A stretch of 64,000 nt of DNA, taken from IMG/VR virus record IMGVR_UViG_3300026097_001200, positions 32,001 to 96,000 of that record; one strand, given 5' to 3'. Shown here piece after piece: positions 45,998 through 56,011 of this stretch. Numbering within the stretch: position 1 is the stretch's first letter; every line of letters begins with the position of its first letter. The stretch is from a virus. The notes below the pieces were generated by a model that ran no database searches, was not told the origin of the DNA, and worked only from the letters and a program-made list of their open reading frames with translations. The position numbers were made by a program, and so were the translations under genes.

Positions 45998-47306
45998 TAA
46001 TTGGAATTGATTGCCACCAGTCATAAATGTCTCTGTTGTGTTCCTGTAAAATATCGCCGTATCCATAGTTATCACTGCGGATACTCTCTAGTCGTAATAC
46101 TCGCTTTTTACCTGCGACCAATCCTGACTGCCAGTCATCTGGCCATTGTTCTTGAAAGGTTGGCCTGTTTTTTAGCTGTAATAGTACGTCTTTTAGTGCG
46201 CCATTGGGTACGCTCTGTGATAAGCTGTCAACTTGTTTATCTAACAATTCTCGAGGCAATGCCAATGGACTTAGCACAATATCCGGAGAGAATCCAAATA
46301 CAACTTTTGCTAGTATATCCACACCCAGATCGTCGGCTAGCTGTTGCATAGGCTCTACTTCAAACAGCCCCGGCAGTGTGAGTGTGAAGTCTAATCGCAT
46401 TTGTCTGCGATTTTTCTGTAGGTCTACACCTTGTTTAAAGTTATCTAAAAACTGTTGATAATTCAAGCCAGTGCGTATGTATTCGCCGATTTTACCAGTG
46501 CCATCTATGCTAGCACATATCTGCCAGTCTCGTATGTTACTGATAATGTCTTGATATAGATGCGCACCTTTGTACTCAATTCTACTGAGATTTGTATTGT
46601 ACCGAGCATAAAGTCCAGGACCGTCTCCCAATTCTACGATCCTGGACATATACCTCCAATGTTGCTCATACATTAGAGGTTCTCCGCCTACCCAATAAAC
46701 TTCTTGCACCCTGTGTTCTTCAACAGCTTGAGCAAATTCAGCTTCAATCTGAGTGTCTTGAAATTTGGATATTTCTGCACGGACTTCGGGACGCATCCAA
46801 TTGTTTTTAGGATTGTCCCAATCGATCATGTTGTGTTTTCGTTGTTCAGTTTCCCAGGCTGAACTCAACATGTCCCCGCAGGTTCTGCATTTAAAGTTGC
46901 AGAGATTACTGAAACGATAGTCCCAGCTAACAGGTTGCATACTGGTATGTCCTGATTCGTCTGTGTTTTCCCATATATCGTCGTAGTGATGCTTAAACAG
47001 ATGCCAGAAATAATCTCTATATACATCAGTGTTTAATAGTTTGTCATTGCACACTTCGCACTCGCTGAGGGTTTCGCCTGACATCATTCTACGGCGCACA
47101 CTTTTCATGTGCTCGCTGTTCCAGTGTTCTTCTAGAGTGCTTGGTTGGTATTCGCCAGTGCCTGCGTCTGTGTCAATGTACTGTTTGAAATTCTGCGCAG
47201 GTTCTCTGCTGGCACAACACATTCTGCGCTCTGTTTGTGGACTGAGATAGGTGTGTGTCCACGGAGCCATACACAGACTGTGCGGTTTTTCTTTAGGTTT
47301 TGTCAT
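45990..47306 (-). CDS. radical SAM protein with N-terminal Twitch/SPASM-like domain
   Basis: CMAPW...CC...CEVC; CNFKCRTC; GGEP. Confidence 0.9.
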   Translation of the reverse strand: MTKPKEKPHSLCMAPWTHTYLSPQTERRMCCASREPAQNFKQYIDTDAGTGEYQPSTLEEHWNSEHMKSVRRRMMSGETLSECEVCNDKLLNTDVYRDYFWHLFKHHYDDIWENTDESGHTSMQPVSWDYRFSNLCNFKCRTCGDMLSSAWETEQRKHNMIDWDNPKNNWMRPEVRAEISKFQDTQIEAEFAQAVEEHRVQEVYWVGGEPLMYEQHWRYMSRIVELGDGPGLYARYNTNLSRIEYKGAHLYQDIISNIRDWQICASIDGTGKIGEYIRTGLNYQQFLDNFKQGVDLQKNRRQMRLDFTLTLPGLFEVEPMQQLADDLGVDILAKVVFGFSPDIVLSPLALPRELLDKQVDSLSQSVPNGALKDVLLQLKNRPTFQEQWPDDWQSGLVAGKKRVLRLESIRSDNYGYGDILQEHNRDIYDWWQSIPIIG

Positions 47307-47715
47307 TGTGTAAAGAGGCTACTCTGCGTCTTAGATCGCTGCTGCTGAACCGATGTTCTCTTTTATTGAAGTATAACTGAATACCACGCTTTTTGCAAAT
47401 ATCTTTGCCAGTGAAGTCATGCTCTCTGTATTCTTCTCCAAGTATGCGCACATCTATGTGCATCATTTCTAAGATGTCTTCTAAATCTCTTTCATTTTCG
47501 TACACAACAATTTCATCTACATAGCGCACAGCCTGTAGCTGTGTATATCTTTCTACCAGTGTTTGCACAGGAGAGTTTTTGTTAGCACGGTCGCGGCTTG
47601 GATCCACTTGAAGTCCTACCATTAAGTAATCGCACTGTTCCTTTGCTTCGCGCAGCATTGCTACATGTCCTGCATGTAACAGGTCAAATGTACTACAGGT
47701 AAATCCTACTTTCAT
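47293..47715 (-). CDS. cytidylyltransferase (TagD-like HxGH nucleotidyltransferase)
   Basis: TFDLLHAGH, YVDE, RFSSSDLR. Confidence 0.9.
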   Translation of the reverse strand: MKVGFTCSTFDLLHAGHVAMLREAKEQCDYLMVGLQVDPSRDRANKNSPVQTLVERYTQLQAVRYVDEIVVYENERDLEDILEMMHIDVRILGEEYREHDFTGKDICKKRGIQLYFNKREHRFSSSDLRRRVASLHNDKT

Positions 47716-48935
47716 TGCACACCCTCATACTCAATCCATTCTGCTAATTCACTGTGATGATCTCTAAGGTCTTGACTGCGCTTGAAATCCAAGTCTCTTA
47801 CCTTCATGCGTAGTATTTGTCCGTCGTGACTTGGGCCGCCGTTCATAAAATCAATTATACGCTCGAACTCTTGTTTATGCTTGGGTCCAACATCGGCACT
47901 GCGAAGTCGCTGTTCGATTTCATGTTTTGCACGACTAGGTAATGTGCTAATACTGAAATAATAAGCTTCGTGCATCATGTTCCAGTATACAAAATCAAAC
48001 TCCTGCTGGTCAATCCAATTAGCCAGTGTTTCTAGATATGTAACATTGAACACATTTACTGTGCTACATACCTGAAGTTGTATTATATCAGGGTAACGTT
48101 GTTTAAGCTCCCGGAAACGAGAGATATTCTCGTTTACTAGATTCCACTCAGCATTACTGCGTTGATACTCAAAGCGATCTTCTACATCATCTATGCTGAA
48201 TGCAATCTCAACAGTCTTAAAGTGCTTCCAAAGATCTTCGCCGGATTCTGGATAAATTGTACCGTTTGTGTTGTAGTGAATTTCTACATTGTTTGCGATG
48301 CCTTTGTCAACCAAGCTTTGCAAGATGCCAAAGTGTTCTTGAATCATAAACGGTTCGCCGCCTGTGAATTCAATATAGCGTATATCATCGCTTACATTAT
48401 CAAATTGATCCCAGAACGTTTCAGTTTCTTTTGGCCAGGCACCTTTTTTCAACATCTCATAGTGATAGCTGTCTTTTTTATCGCCTTCTTCTCTTCTATG
48501 AAATTGCAATTCCTCGGCAGCAAACTGTGAACTAGACCATGAACCACAAATTCTGCACTTGAGATTACAGATGTTGCCAAGTTTGAGATCAAGAAACATC
48601 AAAGGTTTAGCATCCACAGTCCATTCCTGTTCCGGTAGCACATGTTTCAAGCGATCCAAAGTGTGCATGCGTTTACTGGTACGGCCTGCACGTTCTTCCT
48701 TCCAGCATTTCCTACATGTGCGAGGTTGCTTGCCATCTAGAAACTGTTGTCTTAAATCCTGCATGTAATCGCTGCGTTGTATTTCACCCAAGTCGCTGGC
48801 AATAAGTTCAAATTTTTCACCGTTGTTGTCTTTGATTTCGTCTTCGGCAAGACAACAAGGTCGAACTGTACCAATGGGACTGGTTTCTAAACTAATCCAT
48901 GGTAATACACAAAACTGTTCGTGTGGTAAATTCAT
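47712..48935 (-). CDS. radical SAM protein with N-terminal Twitch/SPASM-like domain
   Basis: CVLPW...PCC...CRKC; CNLKCRIC; GGEP. Confidence 0.9.
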   Translation of the reverse strand: MNLPHEQFCVLPWISLETSPIGTVRPCCLAEDEIKDNNGEKFELIASDLGEIQRSDYMQDLRQQFLDGKQPRTCRKCWKEERAGRTSKRMHTLDRLKHVLPEQEWTVDAKPLMFLDLKLGNICNLKCRICGSWSSSQFAAEELQFHRREEGDKKDSYHYEMLKKGAWPKETETFWDQFDNVSDDIRYIEFTGGEPFMIQEHFGILQSLVDKGIANNVEIHYNTNGTIYPESGEDLWKHFKTVEIAFSIDDVEDRFEYQRSNAEWNLVNENISRFRELKQRYPDIIQLQVCSTVNVFNVTYLETLANWIDQQEFDFVYWNMMHEAYYFSISTLPSRAKHEIEQRLRSADVGPKHKQEFERIIDFMNGGPSHDGQILRMKVRDLDFKRSQDLRDHHSELAEWIEYEGVQ

Positions 48936-50653
48936 CGTAGTGCCTCTAATTCTGGAATTTGTTCTAGTATGTTTTCGTTTCTTATTTGATCAAGCTGATC
49001 GGTCTTGGACCAAAACTCATCTATTAGTGCTGTGTTGTCTGTGCTGTTCATAAACCGTATTGCACTTTCGAAGCCTTGGGTAGCACGTTGTAGATCATCC
49101 TGCGGACGCAACCATTCCAGGTGTTGTTCCCATTTGTGTTGTAGTTTTGCTTTGTACTCTGCAGGTGCAATGTCAATCCTGTAATGCCTTGGATCTTGTA
49201 GTATGTTAACATTGAGATCCTGTGCACGTAACAAACCTTTGTTGACCCAGTCTTGGTGGAAATCAGTAATATGCCATGCATTCATTATACTCAGTGTAGG
49301 ACTAATATAAAAGTCCACGTCAGGACAGATTTCCAGCATCTGCTGTCTGTTGCGTTCCACGTTTGCCCAGGTAGTGCCTTTGCGAATATACTCTGCGTGA
49401 TTACCCATTGCATCGAGACTGGCACCGACAGCTACACTGTCAAACTTTTTCCAGTAGTCAAACACCAGTCTATCCTTGAGTTTGACTTCAGTAAAGTTGC
49501 TGTTGTAGATTAAACGTACATCAAATCTGCCGCGACGTTCAAGTTCTTCTAAAATGTTGTAGTGTTCTATCATCAACAGAGGCTCACCGCCAGCAAAATA
49601 AATTTGCTCTACGTCGTCGATGTGCTCGACCAACTGTTCCCACATATCAGTTTCGTGTCTGCCAGCATAGATAAGCACACTGTTTTGTTTTTTCCAATCG
49701 TCACCTGCTAGCTTGGCTTGATCTTGATACCAACTACTAGAGAATATATGTCCGCAACTTCGACAGCTTAGATTACAGAGATTACTAAAACGTATGTCCC
49801 AGTAGGTCATTGAAAATTGGTCTACACTACCGTCTTGTTTGGTATCTTTGATGCGTTTAATATGGTGACCATGGTGCTTGTTTGCGCTTTGTCTTCCTGA
49901 GAAAAATCCTGCATCTTCTTGCTCATAGCATCGAGTGCACCAAGAGTTTTCTTTTTCAGATAACATGTCTCTGCGAAGTTCGCGCATGCGCTCGCTGTTG
50001 TTTATATTCTCTAGTGTGTCCTGCTTGGCATTACCTGCAGGGCCTTCACGCATTTCAGCATGACAGCATGGGTACACATCACCAGTGGGATATGCATGTA
50101 AATGAATCCATGGATATATACAAAAGCGTTTACTGCCAGTGAGATAAAACTGTTCACTGTCAGTTACGTCATTGAGATTAATTTTAATTGGATTTAGACT
50201 ACCGTAACGATATTCGTCTTTTTTACTAGTGGGTAATCTTTCTAATATTCTTCTATGATGTAGATCTTGTTCAACGTAGACAAATTCAACTGACACAGGG
50301 TCATTGCTTAGATCTTTTAATCGACTTTGTTGTTCTTGCCAGTGTGAGCTATTAGTTACTATTATAACAAAAAAATTGCTAATGTCAACATGGTTTAATG
50401 CCAGTTGCAGATTTTGCAACACCAGGCCCACAGTATCATCTTGTACATAACTGTCAGTGGTAGTTGTAAACACCAGGCGTTCTTGGTCACTGTAAGCATC
50501 CTTTCGTAGTCGTGCAAGCAATTCAACCAACTGTTGTTGCATGTCTTCGTAGTGCAATTCAACATAATAATCAAGATCAACAGTGGACACAACTGTGTAG
50601 GTTTTTTCTATACTGTTTAAGGTATTTTCATATTTCATAAATTGTTGTACCAT
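48932..50653 (-). CDS. radical SAM protein with Twitch/SPASM-like domain and extra ~170-aa N-terminal domain
   Basis: CIYPW...PCC...CTRC; CNLSCRSC; GGEP. Confidence 0.9.
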   Translation of the reverse strand: MVQQFMKYENTLNSIEKTYTVVSTVDLDYYVELHYEDMQQQLVELLARLRKDAYSDQERLVFTTTTDSYVQDDTVGLVLQNLQLALNHVDISNFFVIIVTNSSHWQEQQSRLKDLSNDPVSVEFVYVEQDLHHRRILERLPTSKKDEYRYGSLNPIKINLNDVTDSEQFYLTGSKRFCIYPWIHLHAYPTGDVYPCCHAEMREGPAGNAKQDTLENINNSERMRELRRDMLSEKENSWCTRCYEQEDAGFFSGRQSANKHHGHHIKRIKDTKQDGSVDQFSMTYWDIRFSNLCNLSCRSCGHIFSSSWYQDQAKLAGDDWKKQNSVLIYAGRHETDMWEQLVEHIDDVEQIYFAGGEPLLMIEHYNILEELERRGRFDVRLIYNSNFTEVKLKDRLVFDYWKKFDSVAVGASLDAMGNHAEYIRKGTTWANVERNRQQMLEICPDVDFYISPTLSIMNAWHITDFHQDWVNKGLLRAQDLNVNILQDPRHYRIDIAPAEYKAKLQHKWEQHLEWLRPQDDLQRATQGFESAIRFMNSTDNTALIDEFWSKTDQLDQIRNENILEQIPELEALR

Positions 50654-52053
50654 TCGGCTAGACGGGGGAACGTTACTGCAAAGTTCTTGTTACGTCTTCT
50701 GTCATACTGCTCAAAGAAACGTTTGAAATCTTGTTGTAAAAGCTTGATATCATTCTGCCCTTGTTGAAGTTCATAGGGCGTAAGATCATGTTTAGTTACA
50801 TCTTCCTTGTGCGGATCTACTACATTGCGTATGTATTTGCTGATACGCTGAATATGGTCTCTTTCCAAATGGTCGATTACATCTAACACATCAGTACTGG
50901 CCATGAATTCATCAATTTCATTTGCAATGGTTTCTCGGACATCTTCGGGCAACACAACAATGTTTTGAAATGTTGGGAAACGTACTGGATTAATAGTAAA
51001 CATCAAATTTTTGCCCTGAGGTTTGGCGGTTTTTTTCTTTTCTACCAGCCACTTTAAAAAATCAACAAAGCCATCAGCATTTGGTGCATTAATAGTGCCA
51101 ATAATACTGATATCCCCTATGTCTTTGCTTGCAATTAAACGATCAAGATTTCGTTCCCATTGTTGCCAATCCAGACCGTCCCTCACATACTCGCCCTGAG
51201 CACCAACACTTTCACTGCTAACATAAGTCCACACAGGTAAATCTATCCTGCTGATTTTGTCTAGCATTTTGTCAACCACTTTATCGTCGTATGCAAGATT
51301 GGTTGTGATTTCAATCCTGCATGTTGCCTTGCTTGGATTTTTCTCTAGCCAGTCCAACAGTCTCCACATATGAGGGCTCATCATCGGCTCACCGCCTGTG
51401 ATACGCAGTTGTTTTAAACTGGCAGCTAAACTGTCTTCCCACCACTGAAAAAATGCTTCTGCGTACTGGTTAACTTCGTTGGGTCCACTGGTCATGCTGT
51501 CATCGCAAGGCGAAACATAATGTTGTCTGCGATCAGTTTCCAGCCCTTCATATGCGCCGTTATTGCGCACATCAGTTGCCCAACTGCTGCTGATACTAGG
51601 ACAACAATAGCTGCATGCCAACTGACAGGTTCTATCAAACGCAATTTCTAAATATAGTAAATCAACATCTTGATCAGCTGGAGCATCAAATGCTGACTGT
51701 AATTGTTCTTCACTGGCAATAGTACTTAACCAATACCTATCTGCAAGATTATTAGGATCTGTTTCTTCCATAACCCAACAAAATTGACAGTTAGCTGGTT
51801 TCTCGCCACGTTGCATCATTGCACGTTCATTTTTCTTAACTGAGGTATTGTGCAATGCTCGGGGATTTTTTTTAATCTCTTCTATATCAATTGCATGCGG
51901 TGGATTGTGATGGCAACTTGTAGTCCACCCTTGCTGAAGCCACACACTGGCATTATACCACTTAGCACCACAGAAGCTAGGACTCTTGCTGTTAAGCACT
52001 CGATCTTTCCACTCTCGGTATTCAGTGTTGTTGTAGAGTTTTATTTTTTTCAT
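50635..52053 (-). CDS. radical SAM protein with N-terminal Twitch-like domain
   Basis: CGAKW...SCHH...CQFC; CQLACSYC; GGEP. Confidence 0.9.
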   Translation of the reverse strand: MKKIKLYNNTEYREWKDRVLNSKSPSFCGAKWYNASVWLQQGWTTSCHHNPPHAIDIEEIKKNPRALHNTSVKKNERAMMQRGEKPANCQFCWVMEETDPNNLADRYWLSTIASEEQLQSAFDAPADQDVDLLYLEIAFDRTCQLACSYCCPSISSSWATDVRNNGAYEGLETDRRQHYVSPCDDSMTSGPNEVNQYAEAFFQWWEDSLAASLKQLRITGGEPMMSPHMWRLLDWLEKNPSKATCRIEITTNLAYDDKVVDKMLDKISRIDLPVWTYVSSESVGAQGEYVRDGLDWQQWERNLDRLIASKDIGDISIIGTINAPNADGFVDFLKWLVEKKKTAKPQGKNLMFTINPVRFPTFQNIVVLPEDVRETIANEIDEFMASTDVLDVIDHLERDHIQRISKYIRNVVDPHKEDVTKHDLTPYELQQGQNDIKLLQQDFKRFFEQYDRRRNKNFAVTFPRLAEWYNNL

Positions 52054-53402
52054 AGTTGGGAGTACCAGCTGTTTAGATCAGGAAATGCTGTAGCAAAATC
52101 CAAGTCTCTGCGCTCGTCATACTGCGAATAAAACTTTTTAAAGTCGTTTAAAAGTTTTGGATGTTCAAAGGTTTCTGAGTGCGGAGTTTTTACAACATCT
52201 AAGTAATCTATTAAACGTTGTAGGTGATTGATTTCGTGTTGATGTAGCAGTGTATTGTTCTTGTGAGTATTTAACCATGATTCAAGATCTTGTTTATATT
52301 TTGTGCGTATGTGGTCAGGAAATATCAACGGACTCTGAAAACTAGGAAAACGTAAAATATTCAATGTAAAGTTAGGACGGTCCTTGCCAAACTCTGCTTT
52401 CCATTCTAGTACCCGATCTAAAAATTCAGGTAGACTGTCCAGGCATAGTGCATTGATTGTGCACATGTTATGCAAACTGCGTATTTGCGGACTGCGTACC
52501 AATAGGTCCATATTGCGTAACCATAGATTCCAATTTAATCCGTGGCGGATGTACTCAGCTTGCTGATCCATACTTTCGTTACTGGTGTAAATATCCAGTT
52601 CGATATCTTTGCAAGCATCCAGTAGTTCTTGAATCTTTTCAGTAGGCAGGCTCAAGTTGCTGTTGATAGCCAGGCGAGTTTTACTTTTTCCACGATTTTG
52701 TTTAAACCATTCAATCAGTCTCCAGGTATATCCGCTCATCAATGGTTCGCCGCCAGTGATCCTCAATTCTTTCAGTGTGCGGTGAAGATCACTTTCCCAC
52801 CAACGAAAAAATGCTTCTACATATGGGTTTTCTTCATTGATAGTAAATAGTTGTGCACTGTCATGTGGATGTGTAAAGTGATTACGACCGTCACTGACCA
52901 GTCCGTTGTATGCGCCATTGCGTTTTACGTCCTTTACCCACGTACTGGAAAATGCAGGATTACAATAGCTGCATGCCAGTTGACAGGTTCTATCAAAACT
53001 AATCTCCAGTGTTTGCAGATCTATATCTGCATCCGGGTCTGTTTCAAAAGCAGTTTGCAGATCATTGTCGTTATAAATCACACTTTTATACACACGATCG
53101 CTGACTGCGTCACGACCCATGTCTTCTATTTTCCAACAGTACTCGCACCCAGGTGGACGCTCGCCACGCTGCATCATTGCTCGATCTTCTTTTTTCTCTG
53201 GCGTGTTGTGCAATAGCTTGGGATTATCAGTGATATCCTTTACAGGCACCAGATGCGCAGGTGGATGATGACAACTAGTAGTCATGCCCGACCCAAGCCA
53301 GATAGTAGCATTGTACCACTTGGCTCCGCAAAAACTAGCACTTTTACTGTCTAGTACTCGCTTGCGAAATTCTAAGTCTGATTCGTTGTTAAGTCTTGTC
53401 AT
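52050..53402 (-). CDS. radical SAM protein with N-terminal Twitch-like domain
   Basis: CGAKW...SCHH...CEYC; CQLACSYC; GGEP. Confidence 0.9.
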   Translation of the reverse strand: MTRLNNESDLEFRKRVLDSKSASFCGAKWYNATIWLGSGMTTSCHHPPAHLVPVKDITDNPKLLHNTPEKKEDRAMMQRGERPPGCEYCWKIEDMGRDAVSDRVYKSVIYNDNDLQTAFETDPDADIDLQTLEISFDRTCQLACSYCNPAFSSTWVKDVKRNGAYNGLVSDGRNHFTHPHDSAQLFTINEENPYVEAFFRWWESDLHRTLKELRITGGEPLMSGYTWRLIEWFKQNRGKSKTRLAINSNLSLPTEKIQELLDACKDIELDIYTSNESMDQQAEYIRHGLNWNLWLRNMDLLVRSPQIRSLHNMCTINALCLDSLPEFLDRVLEWKAEFGKDRPNFTLNILRFPSFQSPLIFPDHIRTKYKQDLESWLNTHKNNTLLHQHEINHLQRLIDYLDVVKTPHSETFEHPKLLNDFKKFYSQYDERRDLDFATAFPDLNSWYSQL

Positions 53403-53403
53403 G

Positions 53404-54528
53404 TTAATATGTTACCCAGCCGTATTCAAATTCAGGCAATACTTTAAGTATATTCCGTTTCCTAATATTATCTCTTAGTTTTATTTCCTTACAAAACTCA
53501 TCCCAGAGTCCTCTATTAAAAAAATATTTTTGGTCAAGGAACTGTTTAAGTCCTGGATGCAAATCCTTAACTAATTCAATCTTGTTAACTGCACCAGCGT
53601 AAATTTCCGGGGGTAGATTGTTCCAAGTGTATATTCGCGGAGTAAACAGTTTTGCAAAATGACAATTTAATTGTTTTTTATTTGCATATTCTACAACTTC
53701 TATTATACGACAGAAATTTAAATTTGTCACTGTACAATTAAGTGTAATGGCATTTAGATTATCAATTGTTTTAAAAGTATCTATATTGGAGTCAATGTCA
53801 TTCCACTTACTAGGAAATCTAATATACTCATTTACAGGTCCTACTCCATCAATACTTATCATGATGTCAACACTGTTGAATTTTGAAAAAATCTCCTGCC
53901 ACTTTTCAGGAAACACTGTTCCGTTTGTCTGAATGCGCAAGTGTATTTCTGAACACCAATCAGGATCAGCATCAATCAGTAACTGTTGTATCTCAGGCAC
54001 AATCAAGGTTTCGCCTCCACGAAGATCCAACACTTCTATGTCTTGCTCGACAACACTAGCAAAAATTTCACCAAGTCGCTCTGAAGTGTATTGACAATCG
54101 CTCTGTCGTGGTGTTGACTTACCTATAAGTCTGTCTTCTGCTAGTAACATAGAACTGTCTTGAGGAACACACATTAAGCATTTCAGATTGCAAAGATTGC
54201 TTACGTGAAATTCTATACGTCGAGGGAACTCGATATTTAAGTCTGCATCTGTGATATTAATAGCAGCTAGAGCTTCTGTTCTTGGTGATGTTCCGCTAGC
54301 TTCTTCCTGTACATAGCATCCATTGCAATAGCTGTTCTTTTTACCAGCAATCATGTCACTACGAAGACTAGTCATTTGGTCACTTAAGAAAAAATCTTGT
54401 ATACTGTGATTATTCAATGAGTAGTCTGGCTTAGCAAAGCAACATGGTGATTGTTTTTTGTCGTTGCGAATTACTACGCTGGTAAATGCATATGGACAAA
54501 TAGCTTCATTATTCTCGGTGTTTATCAC
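53404..54528 (-). CDS. radical SAM protein with N-terminal Twitch/SPASM-like domain
   Basis: CPYAF...PCC...CNGC; CNLKCLMC; GGET. Confidence 0.88.
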   Translation of the reverse strand: MINTENNEAICPYAFTSVVIRNDKKQSPCCFAKPDYSLNNHSIQDFFLSDQMTSLRSDMIAGKKNSYCNGCYVQEEASGTSPRTEALAAINITDADLNIEFPRRIEFHVSNLCNLKCLMCVPQDSSMLLAEDRLIGKSTPRQSDCQYTSERLGEIFASVVEQDIEVLDLRGGETLIVPEIQQLLIDADPDWCSEIHLRIQTNGTVFPEKWQEIFSKFNSVDIMISIDGVGPVNEYIRFPSKWNDIDSNIDTFKTIDNLNAITLNCTVTNLNFCRIIEVVEYANKKQLNCHFAKLFTPRIYTWNNLPPEIYAGAVNKIELVKDLHPGLKQFLDQKYFFNRGLWDEFCKEIKLRDNIRKRNILKVLPEFEYGWVTY

Positions 54529-56011
54529 TGTAATCCTCGATATGCTGTATTATTTTTTTATGTTTTGCGTAAGAAGCAAATCCACCATGCGCATTATCAT
54601 ATTCATGGTCTATGTTTTTGTATTCTTCAACATGCCAGTAAGGATGTAATGTATTACAACTGTCAATTGATTTTTTCATTGGCAACTCTAACCATGTACA
54701 TATATGTGCTAAGGTTTCCTGCGGCGAAAAAATTATGTCTTTTAAAAGAATTTTCTTAATGTTTCTGTTTTCAATGGCGTCGTTGAAGTGCGCAGGAAAG
54801 GCAAACAAATTGTTGGCAAAATTCAGTGCAGATTCTTTGTGCAAGACAGTGTGTAAAGTGCGCAATACATCTTCTAATTCAAAATTTTTATTTTGTATTA
54901 CAATCAAATTTTTTACTCGGGTTTGTAAATAGCCAAACCATTCGTTGATGTTTATCTTGTGTTGCTCTAAGAGCTTATTATGACTTTCGATTGATGTTTC
55001 ATAAAACAGATTATCACTGTCAGTAATATGATGTAAAACCTCCGTTAAGCATTGGCTAGCTACGCTGGTATTATGTACAATTAAATTACAGTCTGCAAGG
55101 GTTTTGTTGACTACCTGATCGTAAATCTCATTTAATATTTTTTCTTTTTTTTCTGCAATGTAAAATACAGCAGGATAAATGTTTCTAACTTTTGGAGTAG
55201 CCAACAAGTCTACAAATTCTTGACTCTGTATTGGTAACTGTTTTAAACAGTCATGATAAATTATGCTGTCAGTACTTGATATTGATTTTAATTGTGTTAA
55301 ATGTTGCCTTATTTTTTGTTTATGTATATCTGGAATTTTTTCACGCAACACTGGATTTTTATCTCTGAACAAAGTTAGAATTTTTTCATCTTGATCTAGG
55401 TACGCCTGTCTATCCTGCCAAAAATTGATAGATTCTTCTATCTCCTTGGTAGATCGTGCACTATTCTTATGTTTCCACCATTGACATAAGGTAGTTAACG
55501 TCTTCACTGGTCTGTTAACCAACTGTTTCATTTTAACTACATGTAAGTTGCAGTGTTCGATACTGTTAATCTGGTTTGATGCATTTTGAAAAGTAGAGAT
55601 TGCTCTTGCTAGTTCAATAACATTTGTAACTTTTGTAAAACTGCAAAAGGGCATTTCGGGTTGTCTATTGTTGAGCAATTCTAGTATGCAGTTTGTAGGA
55701 TCAATGACCACTGTAGGACCCGTGTCTGCAATTTCTAGAATGTCAGATTCTATGTCATTGACATTGTAATGTAATCTCACTATGCTACTTGTTGTGTTTG
55801 TATTTGTAAGATGATATTCATCGTGTCTATTGATAAAATTATCACGATAATTGTGTACGCTACCGTTTTCGGTTATAACGTCTTCAATGCTTTGGTAATT
55901 TAGATCATCTAACCATCCTAGTGCCCAGCATAAAAAGTTTCCGTAATCTCCGCCTGTATGTACTACACGGAGATCAAACTGTTCGAGATATTTCAAATAG
56001 TCGTCATGCAT
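54509..56011 (-). CDS. hypothetical protein with two tandem degenerate sulfotransferase-like halves
   Basis: GGDYGNFL N-terminus; LVNRPVKTLTTLCQW and IIFSPQETLAHICTWL repeats. Confidence 0.5.
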   Translation of the reverse strand: MHDDYLKYLEQFDLRVVHTGGDYGNFLCWALGWLDDLNYQSIEDVITENGSVHNYRDNFINRHDEYHLTNTNTTSSIVRLHYNVNDIESDILEIADTGPTVVIDPTNCILELLNNRQPEMPFCSFTKVTNVIELARAISTFQNASNQINSIEHCNLHVVKMKQLVNRPVKTLTTLCQWWKHKNSARSTKEIEESINFWQDRQAYLDQDEKILTLFRDKNPVLREKIPDIHKQKIRQHLTQLKSISSTDSIIYHDCLKQLPIQSQEFVDLLATPKVRNIYPAVFYIAEKKEKILNEIYDQVVNKTLADCNLIVHNTSVASQCLTEVLHHITDSDNLFYETSIESHNKLLEQHKININEWFGYLQTRVKNLIVIQNKNFELEDVLRTLHTVLHKESALNFANNLFAFPAHFNDAIENRNIKKILLKDIIFSPQETLAHICTWLELPMKKSIDSCNTLHPYWHVEEYKNIDHEYDNAHGGFASYAKHKKIIQHIEDYSDKHRE

